Assembly (NCBI GenBank): GCA_964016885.1
Contig: OZ024753.1
Span: 15,562,001 to 15,626,000 of the forward strand
Reading direction: 5' to 3'
Source: Eledone cirrhosa
Lineage: Eukaryota
Length of the DNA stretch: 64,000 bases
Part shown: one piece after another, positions 43,129-57,853 of the stretch
How the letters are laid out: each line of letters opens with the position of its first letter
Position numbering within the stretch: position 1 is the stretch's first letter
The notes under the pieces: model-generated
What the model was told of the DNA's origin: nothing
Database searches by the model: none
What the model saw: the letters and a program-made list of their open reading frames with translations, nothing else
Translations under genes and position numbers: made by a program

Positions 43129-46100
43129 TATATATATATATGTGTAAAACGTAAGCAGAAATAACGAAGCAAACGACACAACACAATGAATGTATTCGTT
43201 TAACGAAAAAAATGTATTAGTAGGAAAAGTAGTTTAATGTTTCGGACACTAGTCCTTTATCAAAAGATCGAATAAAAAATAAAAGATGAAATACAAAGAG
43301 AAAGAGAGTGAGAAGAGCTAGGAACATAAAAAAATCTTTTGAGAAAAAACAAGTATATTCAATCAGCTATTTTGAAGAAAAGAATATACTACACACACAC
43401 GTGTGCGTGTGTGTGTGTGTGTGTGTGTACGTAAATTTTACACATACACACGGAAATATATATATACCGTATTTCCCGGCGCCGTAGACGCTTCGTCCTC
43501 GAGGGCGCACCCTAATTTTGACAACCAGAAATTTGAAAAAAAATAATAAACAACCTTCGGCCTCCAGGACGCATGGTAGATTGTTTAGACATATTTTAGG
43601 AAAAGAAGTAGCGCCTTCGACGCCGGGAAATACGGTATATATAGATAGATAGATAGATATGTTTCTTTATTAGCCACAGGGGCACAAAAGAAGGGGACAA
43701 ATATAAAGGGGGAAGTTTACATGCAATAAAAACGTGTAAAATACTATCACAAATGCAATTTAAAAATTAATCGATAGATAGATAGATAGATACATAGATA
43801 TAGATAGATAGATAGATATACAAAATGTGACGTATAAGGTGGAACCTGTACTACAACTGTACCAGTAGCTGATAAAACTACAAGAGAATAAACAAATGAT
43901 GCATAGGATGGGACCTGTACTACATCTACATCAGTAGCTGATAAAACTACTGGATAATAGACAAATGGTGGGAGATTATATAAGAGTCTTTCGACTAAAG
44001 GAGACAATACACTGTCAAAAATAAAACGAGGTACTTACCGAGATTCTCTGTAACAAGCAGACGTCTGCAAAAAGAAAAAAAAGCAATATGAACAAGGAAA
44101 TAGATTCTTTCAGATGTAAATATGATGCAGACATTTTTGCTCGTGAGGAAACCTTAAAAAGGGGATAATTGTTAGCGTGTTTAGCTACAAAGGGATGAGA
44201 ATACTTCCAAGGATGTCAACACTAGAACAGTAGAAAGGAAGTTTCTAAGAAAAGAGGAAGAAACTATGCTTAATTTTGTCAGGGGTTGCGACCGGCGAAT
44301 ATCAGCAATTGAAAGACCAATGAAAACCGTTTCCTTGATAATAAGCAGCTCCTTTCTTTTTTAGATTTGATTTTGTTGATGTACTCTCCAGGTCTGTCGA
44401 AAGCCTTAAACCTTTTGATACCAAATGGCCCCAGGTTCTACTATTTATTCTCAAGTGTTAATATTCTTCCCCAAACCTTCCATTATAATTTTATGTAAGA
44501 AAAGTGGAGTGGCTATTCCAACATGTCTCCCTCGCTGTCCTCCGGGGCAATGCATTCTCCATCCTATCAACCGGGACCCACCCAGAGGCAGAGTGTAAGT
44601 TAGTGGAAGATACTCGTTCGGACGTCACTTTCACGCATATATTAAGTACCTTTTTTTAACTGTTGTATTTACTTAACTCTCCTCTCACTAACTGACCAAC
44701 ATATAAGAAACACGAAGCAGTAAACTGTAAAAGGAAACAACACATCTTTAATGCCAGAGGTACGATGACCTCTAGTTTATATAGTACAGCCATATAAAGA
44801 GATTAATTGTTTCTACTTTAGGCACAAGGCCAGCAATTACCCAGTGCATTACTGGTACTTTATTTTATCGACCCCGTAAGGATGAAAGGCAAAGTCAACC
44901 TCGGCGGGATTTGAACTCAGATCGTAAAGGGACGTAACTATGCTGGAAAGCATGGCGTCCGACTCTCTACTGATACTGCCAATCCAAAAGAGATTAATGA
45001 ATGTAAGAAAGGTTATGTTCTAGAAACTAAATAAATATTGAGAAAGTTATATTACTAAATGTTGCTTGAAGCATTGTGGAATAGGAAATACAAATTTAAA
45101 TAAGATTAAAAGCCTTACAATGAATAGAAGGTGAAAGGTGCCAAGATAACGAGAGAATTTTACCTTAGCAAATTTAATTATTTTAAATATTTTCGGGTTT
45201 AAAAACCCATTATCAAGTGAGAAACTGTGTGAAGGTTTTCAAAGATCAGTCAGAGATGAGTTGTTGTTTGGCTGACAGATTCAATTTAAATATTACTATT
45301 CACCTAAAAATTCTGGATGCTTTTCGAAATTATTTGAATTCCAAGGTGATCCCTATTTCGAAATAAAGCTACATGTTCTGAAATTAAGTGTGCTCAGGGG
45401 TTATATTCCATTTTATTAATCATCAATAAATTATTGGTATTTTGTTGCTTTTTTTATCGATCTTGATAAATATAAATGTCAAAGTTGAAAACCGTAGAAT
45501 TTGAACTCACTACCAATTTATATAAATCTATTTTCCCACAGGCCCCTTCTAGAATTATATTCCCTTCCTAGATGGTTATATGACAATAATAATTATTCTT
45601 TCTAATTTTGATGCAAGGCCAGCAATTTGGGGGAAGGGGAAAGTCGATTATATCGACCCAGTACATAACTGGTACTTTATTTTATCGACCAATGAAGGTA
45701 AGGAATGATATGGCATGGTCTGTAACTCCTGATGGAATCGTAGGGACACCGTAATGGCATATGGCGTTTCTTGGGCATTTTAATCCCAGCGGTGCCTATC
45801 CCTCTCCGGAGAAGGATAGAAGCTGTAAAAAGGTTAATGAGAGACAACTAGTTTGTTCCAGAGAGAGAGGGGGGGTTGAGAAAGGAGAAGTGAGAAAGAA
45901 TTATACAGAAAATCTTGACCCCTGGTACTTTTTTATCAACTTCGAAAGAATGAAAGGGAAATTTGATCTGGACGGGATTTGAACTGAGAATGTCTAAAGT
46001 CGTAACTATATACCACAAAGCATTTTGTCAGACGCTCTACCGATACTCCCAATGCACTACCTTTACAGCGATAATAATTGTTTCTACTTTTGGCACAAGG

Positions 46101-46541
46101 CCAGCAATTATCCGAGTGCATTACTGGTACTTTATTTTATCGACCTCCAAAGGATGAAATACAAAGTTAACCTCCGTGGGATTTGAATTGCGACCGTAAA
46201 GGACCGTAACTCTATGCTGCTAAGCAAGGCGTCTGACCCTCTACCGATGCTGCCAGCCCACCGCCCTTTACGGCGATAATAATATTACATAGCGAGGATT
46301 GTTTATTTCTGGAGAAGATCGTGTATATCATTATTTGAAATTGTGAACAAAGTTCCTAAACCGAGAGACCTCCTTTTGCAGACGACCATATGTCGACGGA
46401 CCCTAATTGAGGAACTGCTGACATAAAGGGTATTACTGACTAACACAAACTTCATAGTTTTACACGGTTCTACCGTTTCAACCAGCCTCAAATCCACACC
46501 TCCCCCACAATATCATATGAACTGACATCACTTTTATTGTA

Positions 46542-47455
46542 AACTAAACCACCCGTCACCCGTTGGGTCACGTTCACCTCTTGAACTAAACCACCCGTCA
46601 TCCGTTGGGTCACGTTCACTTAATGAACTAAATCACCCGTCACCCGTTGGGTCACGTTCACTTAATGAATGAAAGCACCCGCCACCCGTTGGGTCAGGTT
46701 CACTTCTTGAACTAAACCACCCATCACCCGTTGGGTCACGGTCACTTCTTGAACTAAACCACCCGCCACCCGTTGGGTCAGGTTCACTTCTTGAACTAAA
46801 CCACCCGCCACCCGTTGGGTCACGTTCACCTCTTGAACTAAACCACCCGTCACCTGTTGAGTCACGATCACTTCTTGAACTAAAGCCCCCGTCACCTCTT
46901 GAACTAAACCACCCGTCACCCGTTGAGTCACGATCACTTCTTGAACTAAAGCCCCCGTCACCTCTTGAACTAAACCACTCGCCACCCGTTGGGTCACGGT
47001 CACTTCTTGAACTAAACCACCCGTCACCCGTTGGGTCACGTTCACTTAATGAACTAAACCACCCGTCACCCACTGGGTCACGGTCACTTCTTGAACTAAA
47101 CCACCCGTCACCCGTTGGGTCACGTTCACTTAATGAACTAAACCACCCGTCACCCACTGGGTCACGGTCACTTCTTGAACTAGAGCACCCGTCACCCGTT
47201 GGGTCACATTCACTTCATGAACTAAACCACCCGTCACCCGTTGGGTCACAGTCACTTCTTGAACTAAACCACACGTCACCCGTTGGGTCACGTTCACCTC
47301 TTGAACTAAACCACCCGTCACCTGTTGGGTCACGTTCACTTTATTGAACTAAACCACCCGTCACCCGTTGGGTCACGAACTAGACGACCCATCACCCGCT
47401 GGGTCACGTTCACTTCATGAACTAAACCACCCGTCACCCGTTGGGTCACGTTCAC
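46542..47455 (-). repeat. 42-bp minisatellite (~22 units) built from the Helitron 3' terminus
   Basis: Minus-strand unit CAAGAAGTGAA-CGTGACCC AAC GGGTGACG-GGTGG-TTTAG-TT; some units contain CTAG. Confidence 0.85.
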
Positions 47456-47638
47456 TTTAAAATAATTTTTAAATAATTAAAATATACAGACATGTATAAA
47501 ATGTAAATTGAAACGGGAAGGCCCATATATATATGTGTGTGTATATATATAAATGTGTGTGTTTGTATACACATATATATATATGTATGTGTGTGTATAT
47601 ATTTGTGGGTGTATGTGATCTGTATACACTGGTCATAG

Positions 47639-47675
<37 letters not shown>

Positions 47676-47955
47676 GACACTCACTCTATGTCCCTCTCTC
47701 TATGTCGCTCTTTCAATCTACTCTGTCACAACCACTATCTTTCTCTCTCTATCTCTCTCTGTTTATTAAGGTACCCGGAAAACCCCATATCTCGGGAACC
47801 CGTGCTCCGATTTACGCGAAACTTATTTTATTCCATTTGTATTCCCATTTCAGGGTCAACTTCCTTTCAAAGTATTTTCCCATTATGCGCCCTTTTGGCT
47901 GTATTACATTACAGACAGGCAAGTAAGCAATCACAAAGTTTTAGTAATATATAGA
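46544..47955 (-). mobile_element. Non-autonomous Helitron related to the 49446-56267 element
   Basis: 47770-47955 matches 56070-56267 (5' TCTATAT...CTAAAACT end); 47430-47680 matches 49450-49680 (3' region). Confidence 0.8.
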
Positions 47956-48445
47956 TGATATATAAAGGAAGTTAGCTACTGAGACTTAATTAAACTCATT
48001 ATTGAAACTCTCTTTAATAACGCATGAAATATTCCGATATTAATTAAATATCCCTTGCTATTCTGTCTTATTACTATTCTCTCTATATAATTCACATTAA
48101 TTCTTATGTTATGAACCGTAATCTAAATAAAAGGATTCACTTAGGAGATGATATTTGTTTGAAGAATATATTTGCATATATTAACTGCCAAAAACAATTG
48201 GATTTATAGGAACGGGAAATAAATAAAAAGAGACAGCTCAGAATTTTACAAATATTCTATATTTTGAGATTTTGCGGTTTATATAATTGTTTCTACTTTT
48301 GGTACAAGGCCAGCAATTACCCCAGTGTATTACTGGCACTTTATTTTATCGACCGCGTTAGGATGAAAGGCAAAGTTAACCTCGGCGGGATTTGAACTCA
48401 AACCGATACTGCCAATCCACCGCCTGAGGTTTATATAATCGAGGT

Positions 48446-48688
48446 AAAACAGCATTTAACACACCACTGCTGGTGAGAGATAGTAACAGTGACAATACAA
48501 TACGTGGAAGAAGAGATAGAGTTTCAGAGTATTTAGTCAGTATACTCTACATGTGATAGCAACACAAAACAGCATTTAATACACCACTGCTGGTGAGAGA
48601 TAGTTAAAGTGATAATACAATACGTGGAAGAAGAGATAGAGTTTGAGAGTATTTAGTCAGTATACTCTACATGTGATAGCAACACAAA
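48446..48688. repeat. 120-bp direct tandem duplication
   Basis: Two copies AAAACAGCATTTAA...GATAGCAACAC with a few substitutions. Confidence 0.9.
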
Positions 48689-49134
48689 CCACCTGGACAT
48701 AAGAACATTCACGTAACAAATGGGGAGAAATGAAATGATAAAGCAAGCTTTGACATACTCACACACACACGAGCATGCACACATACACACACATACTTAA
48801 TTGTTTCTACTTTTGGCACCAGGCCAGCAATTATCCCAGTGCATTACTGGTACTTTATTTTATCGACCCCGTAAGGATGAAAGGCAAAGTTAACCTCGGC
48901 GGGATTTGAACTCAGATCATAAAGGGAGGTAACTCTATGCTTCAAAGCATGGCGCCCGACCCTCTACCGATACTGCCAATCCATCTCTATTTCGATAATT
49001 GCCATCATTTGACCCTTTTCTCGTGCATATATGTGGCATGAAAATAACATTTTAGCCCTCCCAGTGTGTGTGTGTGTGCAACACAATCGGTACAGGAATA
49101 TATTAGGTTAACGCTTGAAATAGCAGGAAGAGGG

Positions 49135-49170
49135 TCTTAACGTTTCGGACGCTAGTCCTTCATCAGAAGA
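49135..49170 (-). ncRNA. Minimal type I hammerhead motif
   Basis: TCTT-CTGATGA-A-GGAC(TAGC)GTCC-GAAA-CG-TT-AAGA; AACGTT palindromic stem III. Confidence 0.75.
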
Positions 49171-49337
49171 AAGAATGAGAAATTAGAAAGATTGAAGGGA
49201 CGGGCGGGGTTCAGTTGAAGAAATCCGTGAAGCACTCCACGGTTTTTGTTCCTTCGCGTTTTCTCCGGAGTTTAAGTATAATAGATACAAGAGACGGTTT
49301 TATTTGTAGAAATGTACGAATACAACCATCTCTCTTG

Positions 49338-49396
<59 letters not shown>

Positions 49397-49445
49397 CGTG
49401 CGTGCGTGTGTGTGTGTGTGCGTGTGTGTGATTTCCTTCTATATA

Positions 49446-49640
49446 CTTAGACCACCCGTGACCCGTTGGCTCATGTTCACTTAAAACTCCTTTTTAAATA
49501 ATTAAAATATACACAAAATGTATATAATGTAAAATGACATTGGAAAGCCAATATATATATGCGTGTATATGTGTGTGTGTGTATGTACGTGTATATATAT
49601 ATATGTATGTGTGTGGGTGTCTGTGGCCTATATACACTGG

Positions 49641-49682
<42 letters not shown>

Positions 49683-52600
49683 GTTATAAGATACATATAA
49701 CTTAATATTCAGTCACCAAATTCAAGCTAGATACAATAATGCTGTATTCAATTCTTTGAAGTCACCTGTCATAATTTCATTCAACAACACCACCAGCTCT
49801 CTCAATCTCTCTCTCTCTCACAACCATTATCTGCGTTTGTATTCACATTTCAATGGTACCTTACTTTCAAAGTATTTTTCCATTATGCGCTGATTTGGCT
49901 ATTTATAAAGGTACCCGAAAAAACCCCGCGTATCTCGGGAACCCGTGGTCCGATTTACACGGTACTTGTCTTTTCACTGTATTATCACAATGAAAATATT
50001 ATCACAAAGAAAATATCAAATCATTTTTCATTCAAAGCTATCCAATCACTCTGTTTCAAAATTCTTTTTTATATATATCTATGGATGCTTGACTGTTTGT
50101 TCTGAAAGATTTTTCTACTTAAAAAGTTGCAATGTTAATGAAAAGCTGGTTTTATTTACAAAACTTTGAAAGAAATTATTCTTAATTGTCTTAGTTTTTC
50201 CTTTTCCTTTCTGGCGTCGGAATCAACATTTTCTCATATTTACGCTGTTATAGTTTGTTCACAAGAATGCTTTTGATGACAACATTCTTAGTTGACTGGG
50301 TATCCTTCAGAAACACTGACATTTTCTTTTCGTTTACCGCGGCTAAGGGCTACATACAGTTGACCGTGTTGGAATTACAGGTCGTTCCAGATAAACCAAG
50401 ACGTTTTCCATAGTTTGTCCTTGTGCTTTATGAATAGTCATAGCAAAGCACGATTGAACTTGGAATTGGCTTCGCTGCAAAGGGATATCCTCACTTTCGG
50501 ATAGATTAATTCTTATTCTAGGTATCATAACGATCTCATTTCTGAAAGCAGCAGTGTTGATTCTTGCTACTATGAGATTGTGGTGCAGTTCTTCCACGAT
50601 CATGCGCGTTCCATTACAAAGCCTTGGAGGATTCAAGTTTCTCATAAGAATTATTGGCGATCCTTTTTTCAATTCCAGGTTATGTGGTGGCAGTCATGAT
50701 AGTTCAACCGAATCAAGGAATTCAGTCGGGAAATGAGTGACATTGGCACCATCATCACAGAATTATAGGATCGGTACTCTTTTATGGTTCCAGGGAAGCG
50801 TCTGATACAGGTGGAATTGATGCTTCTCATCATTTCATTGAGAGGTACTAAGATGCAATTGTTCTAAAACACTTCCGCTCGATTGTCGAATGAGGGGTAG
50901 ATGAAATCAATACATTCTTCCATAGTTGTTGCTTGGAGAACCATTTCTTTTGGCAAAATAATTTCCTCATTTTCATTTTTTTTTATCTTATCTTCTCCAA
51001 TATCCAATAGGAACTGTGAATAGTCTCCTGCTCCCCCACCCAATCGCATGTTTGTCTTCAACTGAAATCTTTTGACGCTTCGCCATAAGCAGGATTTTTT
51101 AATGCAGGCGTTTTCCACGTCCGCTTCATTTCTCCTTTTCACTATCGGAAGAAGCTGACGGAATCGCCAGAGCAAATTGTCAAAATTCCACCGAATGCCT
51201 CATTGTTGTCGCATATGTCACGCAGAGTGAGGTCAACAGCTTCGAAGCTTTCCCTCTGAATCGTAGGACACTCATCCCAAACAATCAGCCTTGTATGCTG
51301 GAAGAGGTTTGCCGTCTTTGAGTTTTTATCAATGTTGCACAGACCATTTTATTTCACTACTATCGGTATTTTGAACCTAGAATGCGCTGTTCTTCCACCA
51401 GGCATCAGTGTTGCGGCAATGCCAGATGACGCAACAGCAATAGCCACGTCACCGTTTTCCCTGACTTTTGAAAGAATTAAGTTAATCAGGAATGTCTTTC
51501 CTGTTCCACCTGGAGCGTCAATGAAAATCAATACAGATGTGTTCGTCTCTAAACTGTTACAAATGAAGTCATACACGTGTTTTTGTTCACTATTCAATAG
51601 AGGCTCCGTCTCTTCTACAAATCGTCGTTGCTCTTCTCTGCTGTAATGCAATTCATGCAATAACTCCAAATTGCCAATATCCTGATTAGCAACAATATTA
51701 TTTGGCCTTGGCAAATTAAAGTCACTAAGACTTTTGCCCAGGTCGTTAAGTTTGTCTTCAAAATACCGAAGACATTGATCGTAATGTCTCTCGCTAATCA
51801 AATGGTTAGGGTTTCTGGTAGCCCTTTTTTCTATTTGAATGCTTAAATCGAGCCCATAAAGCACTGGAATTGTCAATTTCCGTATTTGTGAGGAGCACGA
51901 TGAATAGATCTCTCATGGCTTTGGGAAGCCTTGTTCGCTCAGCATCTTCCAGAGTCTGTTGCCAATGATCATCCGATTGAAGAAAACCTTTCTCTCTGCA
52001 GACATCTTTGAATAATGGCAGGAGTTCTCCATCACACATTTTCAAAGAGTTGAAGGATACTGGCCCTTTGACGTGATGCAGAAGGAGTCTTAAATAATAC
52101 AGGTCACCACTTCGTGGAGAAACAGTGTATACTCGTCCCAAAACGTCGCCTTAAAAATCCCTGGATAATACTCAACTGTTTTCCCCACCTTTCTCCTTTC
52201 CCATCTCTTATTACTCCAAGTGTAAAACTTTGGCACATCGGCATAATACAATGTTTTTGCAAACGGATCGTGATCGCAAAGATCTATGAACTCAGTCAGA
52301 GTCGTCTTAGCCATGTTATTGTTTACTTTAACAGCAGCATTGACCCGAAAGAAGATTTGATTTTCCTCAGGTGGATGAACTTGAAGGCGAACTACGGCCG
52401 GTTCTCTCTCATGAATTGGAAATCCAAGTACCAAGGCAACAGCTTCTGAAGGACCGATATATCTTCCTGTTAAATACTGTATTATCTCAACTTCCCTGTT
52501 CACTCCAAACATTGCCTGATCACTGCCCTTCATGGTATATTTGATAACGTATTTGATCGATTTCACGGAAGAGCACATCTCTACGTTTAGGTGGCAGTTG

Positions 52601-55600
52601 AACAGTTTCAATAGTTTCATATTGTAGGGAACCACCCATTCCGAAGTTATATTTCGGCTTCCCCTTCCTTCTTGGTGCCCCTCAAATCCTCCCATTTCTG
52701 GAGACCGTCTTCTGTACACAGGCTGTATATTCACAATGTATATTCATTGAAAGGCTTAGGGTACCGCGTACTGCACGTTCCATCTTTCCAACACAGCGAA
52801 GTGTTAGAGCAATTCGGACGGTGGATCATGTGCTTCAGCACCGATTCATGACCCTCTGGATCTTTGTTTGGATCTAGTATTTCGGCTTGAACAAATTTAT
52901 CATATTCCTGCGGTCTGGGCTTGGAGGCTTCATTGAGCCATAGCAAACAGTGCACATGAGGAAGACCTCGCTTTTGATATTCGACTGTCAGCACGTAAGC
53001 AATGCACTTGCCAAATAGGCCATCTACTCCAGTAAGATACTTTCTTAGCAGTTTCCGCTTCAGGTCAAATACTCTGGCAATTAAATCTGGCCAGTCATGT
53101 GGCTTCTGATTCGGGAATAGGTTTTGCTGGATTTCAGGCCAGTTTGGATTGCATGTCATTGTGATGAAGAACGAAGGATTGCCGTACTTCCGTATGTACA
53201 TCATGGCGTCCTGGCATCGTTCCATCATATATCTCGGTCCACCGACAAATGTGGAAGAGAGTATGATTCGCCTGCCAATATTGCGAAAATCGTCATCATC
53301 ATTCAATGCGTCAGTAAGGCCCTTGTATGTTGTAGATCGCAATGATGTTTGATTCATTCGGATGTATTGCAGTCTATCTCCTTCAATCTTCGCAGCCATG
53401 TCAACCAAATATTGCTGAAATAAACGACCGCCTCTGAGAAGTTGGTTGAATTCATTCTCATGGTTCATTATTCGATAGGCATAGTAGCGCATCGGCGTCA
53501 ACTTCTTGTTGTTGCTCATTAACAGTTCATGATGCCATCCGTCATCGCCAAAAGGAAAAAAATAGAACATACTGCAAACTGTCATAGGACCGATGGGACT
53601 CTGAGATTATTTTCAATTGTCCGCCTTTTTCTTTCAACACAATGTGCCGTGCTTTTGCTTGAAGTTCGGTGCTGTTTTGTATAATAACGGCAACTTCGTT
53701 TGCAGTTTGTGCATTGAATCTTCTCTCATATTCCATTGCTTGTCTCCTATCAGGATCAATAATAATGGAAGCTTCGGGAATATTTTTAATTTGTTCTTTT
53801 TCCATTCGAAATGAAGCAACGTAAGGGTTATATTGTCTGAGTATTATTTCCAATAATTCAACTATGTCGCGCTGAATGCCATCGTTATGGAGTATCCTGA
53901 TCCTCAAATCAACACTATCCTGAGGATCCAAGAAGTAAATTTGAAGAAATTGGGGTTGTTCGTTGGGATTAGGGGTTAAGGAACCGATGTAATGGTGAAT
54001 TTGACCATGAATAACGATAGAAGGATTCCATCCACTCCTTGAGGAACGAACTTCTTCGGCCCCAAAAGATGTCATTTGGAACAGGCAGTTGTATTGTCTG
54101 ACGTTCTTCCTGAACTCGTTTGCCCTAGGTTGATCAGTACTAAATAAACTGTGAAGTTCCTGGGGTAAAGGCTGCAGATTCCCCAACCTGACTTTTCCAT
54201 TCATACAGCAAAAGTTAGCAGTTTCACCATGAAAAAGCATTGCATGACAACAGACACAGATCTTATTCATCTGTCCAACATCAGCAGAGAGGTCACGTCG
54301 TTCAACTGTCTTGCTCTATCCCTAATGGTTTGTTGGCAAATATGTTCAGTTCTCCGAGCGTCCGATTCCTTATCTCTCCTGCTTCTGTCTCTTTCCTTCT
54401 GTTCCGCCAGACGTTCAGCTCTCCGACCATCCGATACATGATCTCTCCTGCTTCTGTCTCTTTCCCTCTGTTCCGCCAGACGCTCAGCTCTCCGACCATC
54501 CGATACATGATCTCTCCTGCTTCTGTCTCTTTCCCTCTGTTCCGCCAGACGCTCAGCTCTCCGACCATCCGATTCATGATCTCTCCTGCTTCTGTCTCTT
54601 TCCCTCTGTTCCGCCAGACGCGAAGCCCTTGCTTTATCAGTCTCATCGATCCTTCTATTCGCATGCCTGTCCCGATCATGTTGGCGTTGACCACTATCTT
54701 GCTCACCTTCGTCTCTCCTTAGCCGTACTTTCTTTCCACTATCGATAGACCAACCAGATGTTTTCTTTCTTCCTTGTAGAGGCATTATTTAAGAATAGAA
54801 AATCGTATTTACCTTAGAAAAAATTCCTATTACCTCAACAAATATTTTTTTTAAATTATCATTTAGAAATATTTCTAAATAATGAAAATATTGTCTGTTT
54901 AAACAATTTGTATTTTTCAAATCATATTCACTTAAAAAATACTTATTAATAATTAAAATATTCTGTTTAAAGAAAACTGAAATATATATACTCAGTGTAT
55001 AAATAATTTGTATTTTTTAATTCATTTTCACCTAAGAATATTTTTTAAATATGCCAAGAAATATTTTTTCCATCGTATTCACTCGAAAATAATGTTTGTC
55101 TATGTAAATAAAGCTATTTGTGAAATCAAATTCACTTATTTTTCTAAATAATTGAAATATTCTTTTTAACAAAAACAAAAATATAAACACCTACTGTTTA
55201 ACACCAACTGGTATTTTTCAGTCATATTCACTTAATGCTTTTCTGATAATTAAAATATCGTCTGTTTAAAGAAAGCTCAAATAAAGATACTTGAAGTACA
55301 AACAACCTGTAGTTTTGAAATCATATTCACTGAGAAATCACTGAAAAATCTTTTTAAAAAATTATTAAAAATATTTCTCGAATAATGAAAATAGTTTATG
55401 TCGATTTATGTCAAACTTGTTTTATCCCCATTTCAGGGTTATATCACTTACAGGGCTATTTTTCCATTATGCACCGTTTTGGCTATTTACGAAGGTATCC
55501 TACACACACACAAATATATATATGTCTCTAACTTAAGTACTGTTACACACACACATGTCTCTAAGTACGTAAACACATGCACTGGCACACATACAGATAC

Positions 55601-56262
55601 AGATACACACGGTGGCAGTAGAACTGTGAAAGAGAGAGAAAGAAATAACGTTATGGATAGGGGGGAGAGTTAAAATGAAAAAAGTTAAGGACGCTGTCTC
55701 TTTCCCTATCTGTCATCCCCCCTCTCTCTCTCTCATCTCTTTATTCTCTCTCTCATCCCCTCACTCTCTCTCTCGCCCTCATTCTCTCTCTTACCCCCTC
55801 TCTGTCTCTCTTACCTACAGAATGGACAACCAAAAAACAAATGGATTATTTCTTTCGATATTCATTATAAAATAAGATAAATTGAATTTAAATGAATTTC
55901 TTGCTATTTTTGGAAAATTGAAAATATTGTCCATGTGCGATTTACGCCAACCTTGTTTTATTCAGAGTATTTTCTCATTATGCAATGTTTTGGCTATTTA
56001 CGAAGTTTTGCAGGGTTCTGTTAATTTCGAGGTATTTTCCCAGTATGCACCGTTAGGGCTATTTACAATGGTACCCCCAAAACCGCGAATCTCGGGAACG
56101 AGGGATCAGATTTTCGCGAAATTTGTTTTATTCAATTTGTATTCCCATTTCAGAGGCAACTTGCTTTCAAAGTATTTACCCATTATGCGCCCTTTGGGCT
56201 CTATTACATAACAGACAAGCAAGCAAGCAAACACGCAAGATCAGAGTTTTAGTAGTATATAT

Positions 56263-56267
<5 letters not shown>
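49446..56267 (-). mobile_element. Full-length but decayed autonomous Helitron
   Basis: 5' TCTATATATATACTACTAAAA; 3' hairpin CATGAGCCAACGGGTCACG then CTAAG|T; internal Rep-helicase. Confidence 0.85.
50230..54785 (-). pseudogene. Helitron Rep/PIF1 helicase, multiply frameshifted
   Basis: FITMTCNPNWPEI, VEYQKRGLPHVH (HUH), [19 protein letters not shown] (Walker A), [32 protein letters not shown] and FAMTIHKAQGQT, split over at least 8 ORFs. Confidence 0.95.
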
Positions 56268-56345
<78 letters not shown>

Positions 56346-56443
56346 TATGTATGTATGTAAAAGGTAAACAAAAATAACAACACAATCGGGATAGTATATG
56401 GAAGGTATATATTAGGTCAACGCTTGATATAGCAGGAAGAGGG

Positions 56444-56479
56444 TCTTAACGTTTCGGACGCTAGTCCTTCATCAGAAGA
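56444..56479 (-). ncRNA. Minimal type I hammerhead motif
   Basis: Identical to 49135-49170. Confidence 0.75.
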
Positions 56480-56537
56480 AAGAATGAGAAATAAAATAGA
56501 TTAAGGGGACGAGCGGGATGGAATTGGAAAAAATAGG

Positions 56538-56591
<54 letters not shown>

Positions 56592-57805
56592 AAAATGTAT
56601 GACGCACTCTACTACCCTAAGTATTGAGTACTCTGGTGCGTTATGGTCCATCTGGTTCCATACCACAACTCTCATTATATATATATATATATACCCATAT
56701 TCGTTTGATGGCTGAGAGAAAAGGATACTCTATACCAAAGTAGAGTTTAAATATTCATTTTAATAGGGCCTAATAATGAGCTTTGTTACTCTGTAGTTTC
56801 ACTTGTTTATCACAGGATCATCATCATCATCATAAAGAGGAGAAACTCCAGAGTAACAAGACTCACTATTTAGCCTCAATAATATATAAATATATAAATA
56901 TATATATATAGATAATTTAATATATCTACTAACATAAGCGCACAGATGTACGCTAATGCCAGCAAATACACAGGTTATGTCATAGTACCTAGGTGGTTCA
57001 ATGCAGGAGAACGCAGAACAATAATATAAAAGACGTAAAATAAGAAAATTAAAAAAAAAAAAATTTTTTTTTAAATTAACTTTCTTACTTAAATTAAGTA
57101 AGTAAGTTAATTTTTTTTTTTTAAATTTTCTTATTTTACGTCTTTTATAAATATATATATATATATATATAATTATCACCCCTTTCCTCGGTCGACATCA
57201 TCACCCCTCCTTCCTCAGTCATCTCTACTGCGTTACAGACAAATACACAATGCTATTATATTAGTGATTCTTCAACGATTCTTTCCTGAGACATTCTAAC
57301 CACATGCCCATAATATAGGAGCTGTGATCTCTCAATTTGGAGAAGTAGTGGCTCTACCTAGAGTGACTTTCCAGTGATTCTTTCCTGAGACATTCTAATC
57401 CAATACCCGTTATATAGGAGCTGTATGGTAACTATAATGGAGGAATTATATCGGGTATATTTCCATTTCTTTTTCTTTCTTTCATTTTTTCAACTAATTA
57501 GCGACGTAGTAATAAATGATAAATTGAAAAAATGTTGCAGGAAGAACGAAAAATAAGAAAATAGTTTTATTTGTGGAGATTTTTTTATAAAGCCTGACAT
57601 AATGAGAATTCATTGGTGCCATTTAAAGATTACATAGAGAGAAAAAGAGAGAATATTTGTGCAGGATTTTATATTCTTGGGAAATAAAAGAGAAATGCTT
57701 AATAGTTGTGAGTTAATGCCTGAGAGCAAAATTTTTATATTTCATTACAAAATATTGATTATAATTTATGCATGTGGGTGTGAGTGTGTGTGTATACACA
57801 CACAC

Positions 57806-57842
<37 letters not shown>

Positions 57843-57853
57843 CATTATATATA

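Noticed and set aside
46633-47339. Repetitive ORFs (GDGWFSSRSDRDPT; VTQRVTGGLVQEV)
   Set aside because: Open only because the 42-bp unit is a multiple of three; DNA matches Helitron termini.
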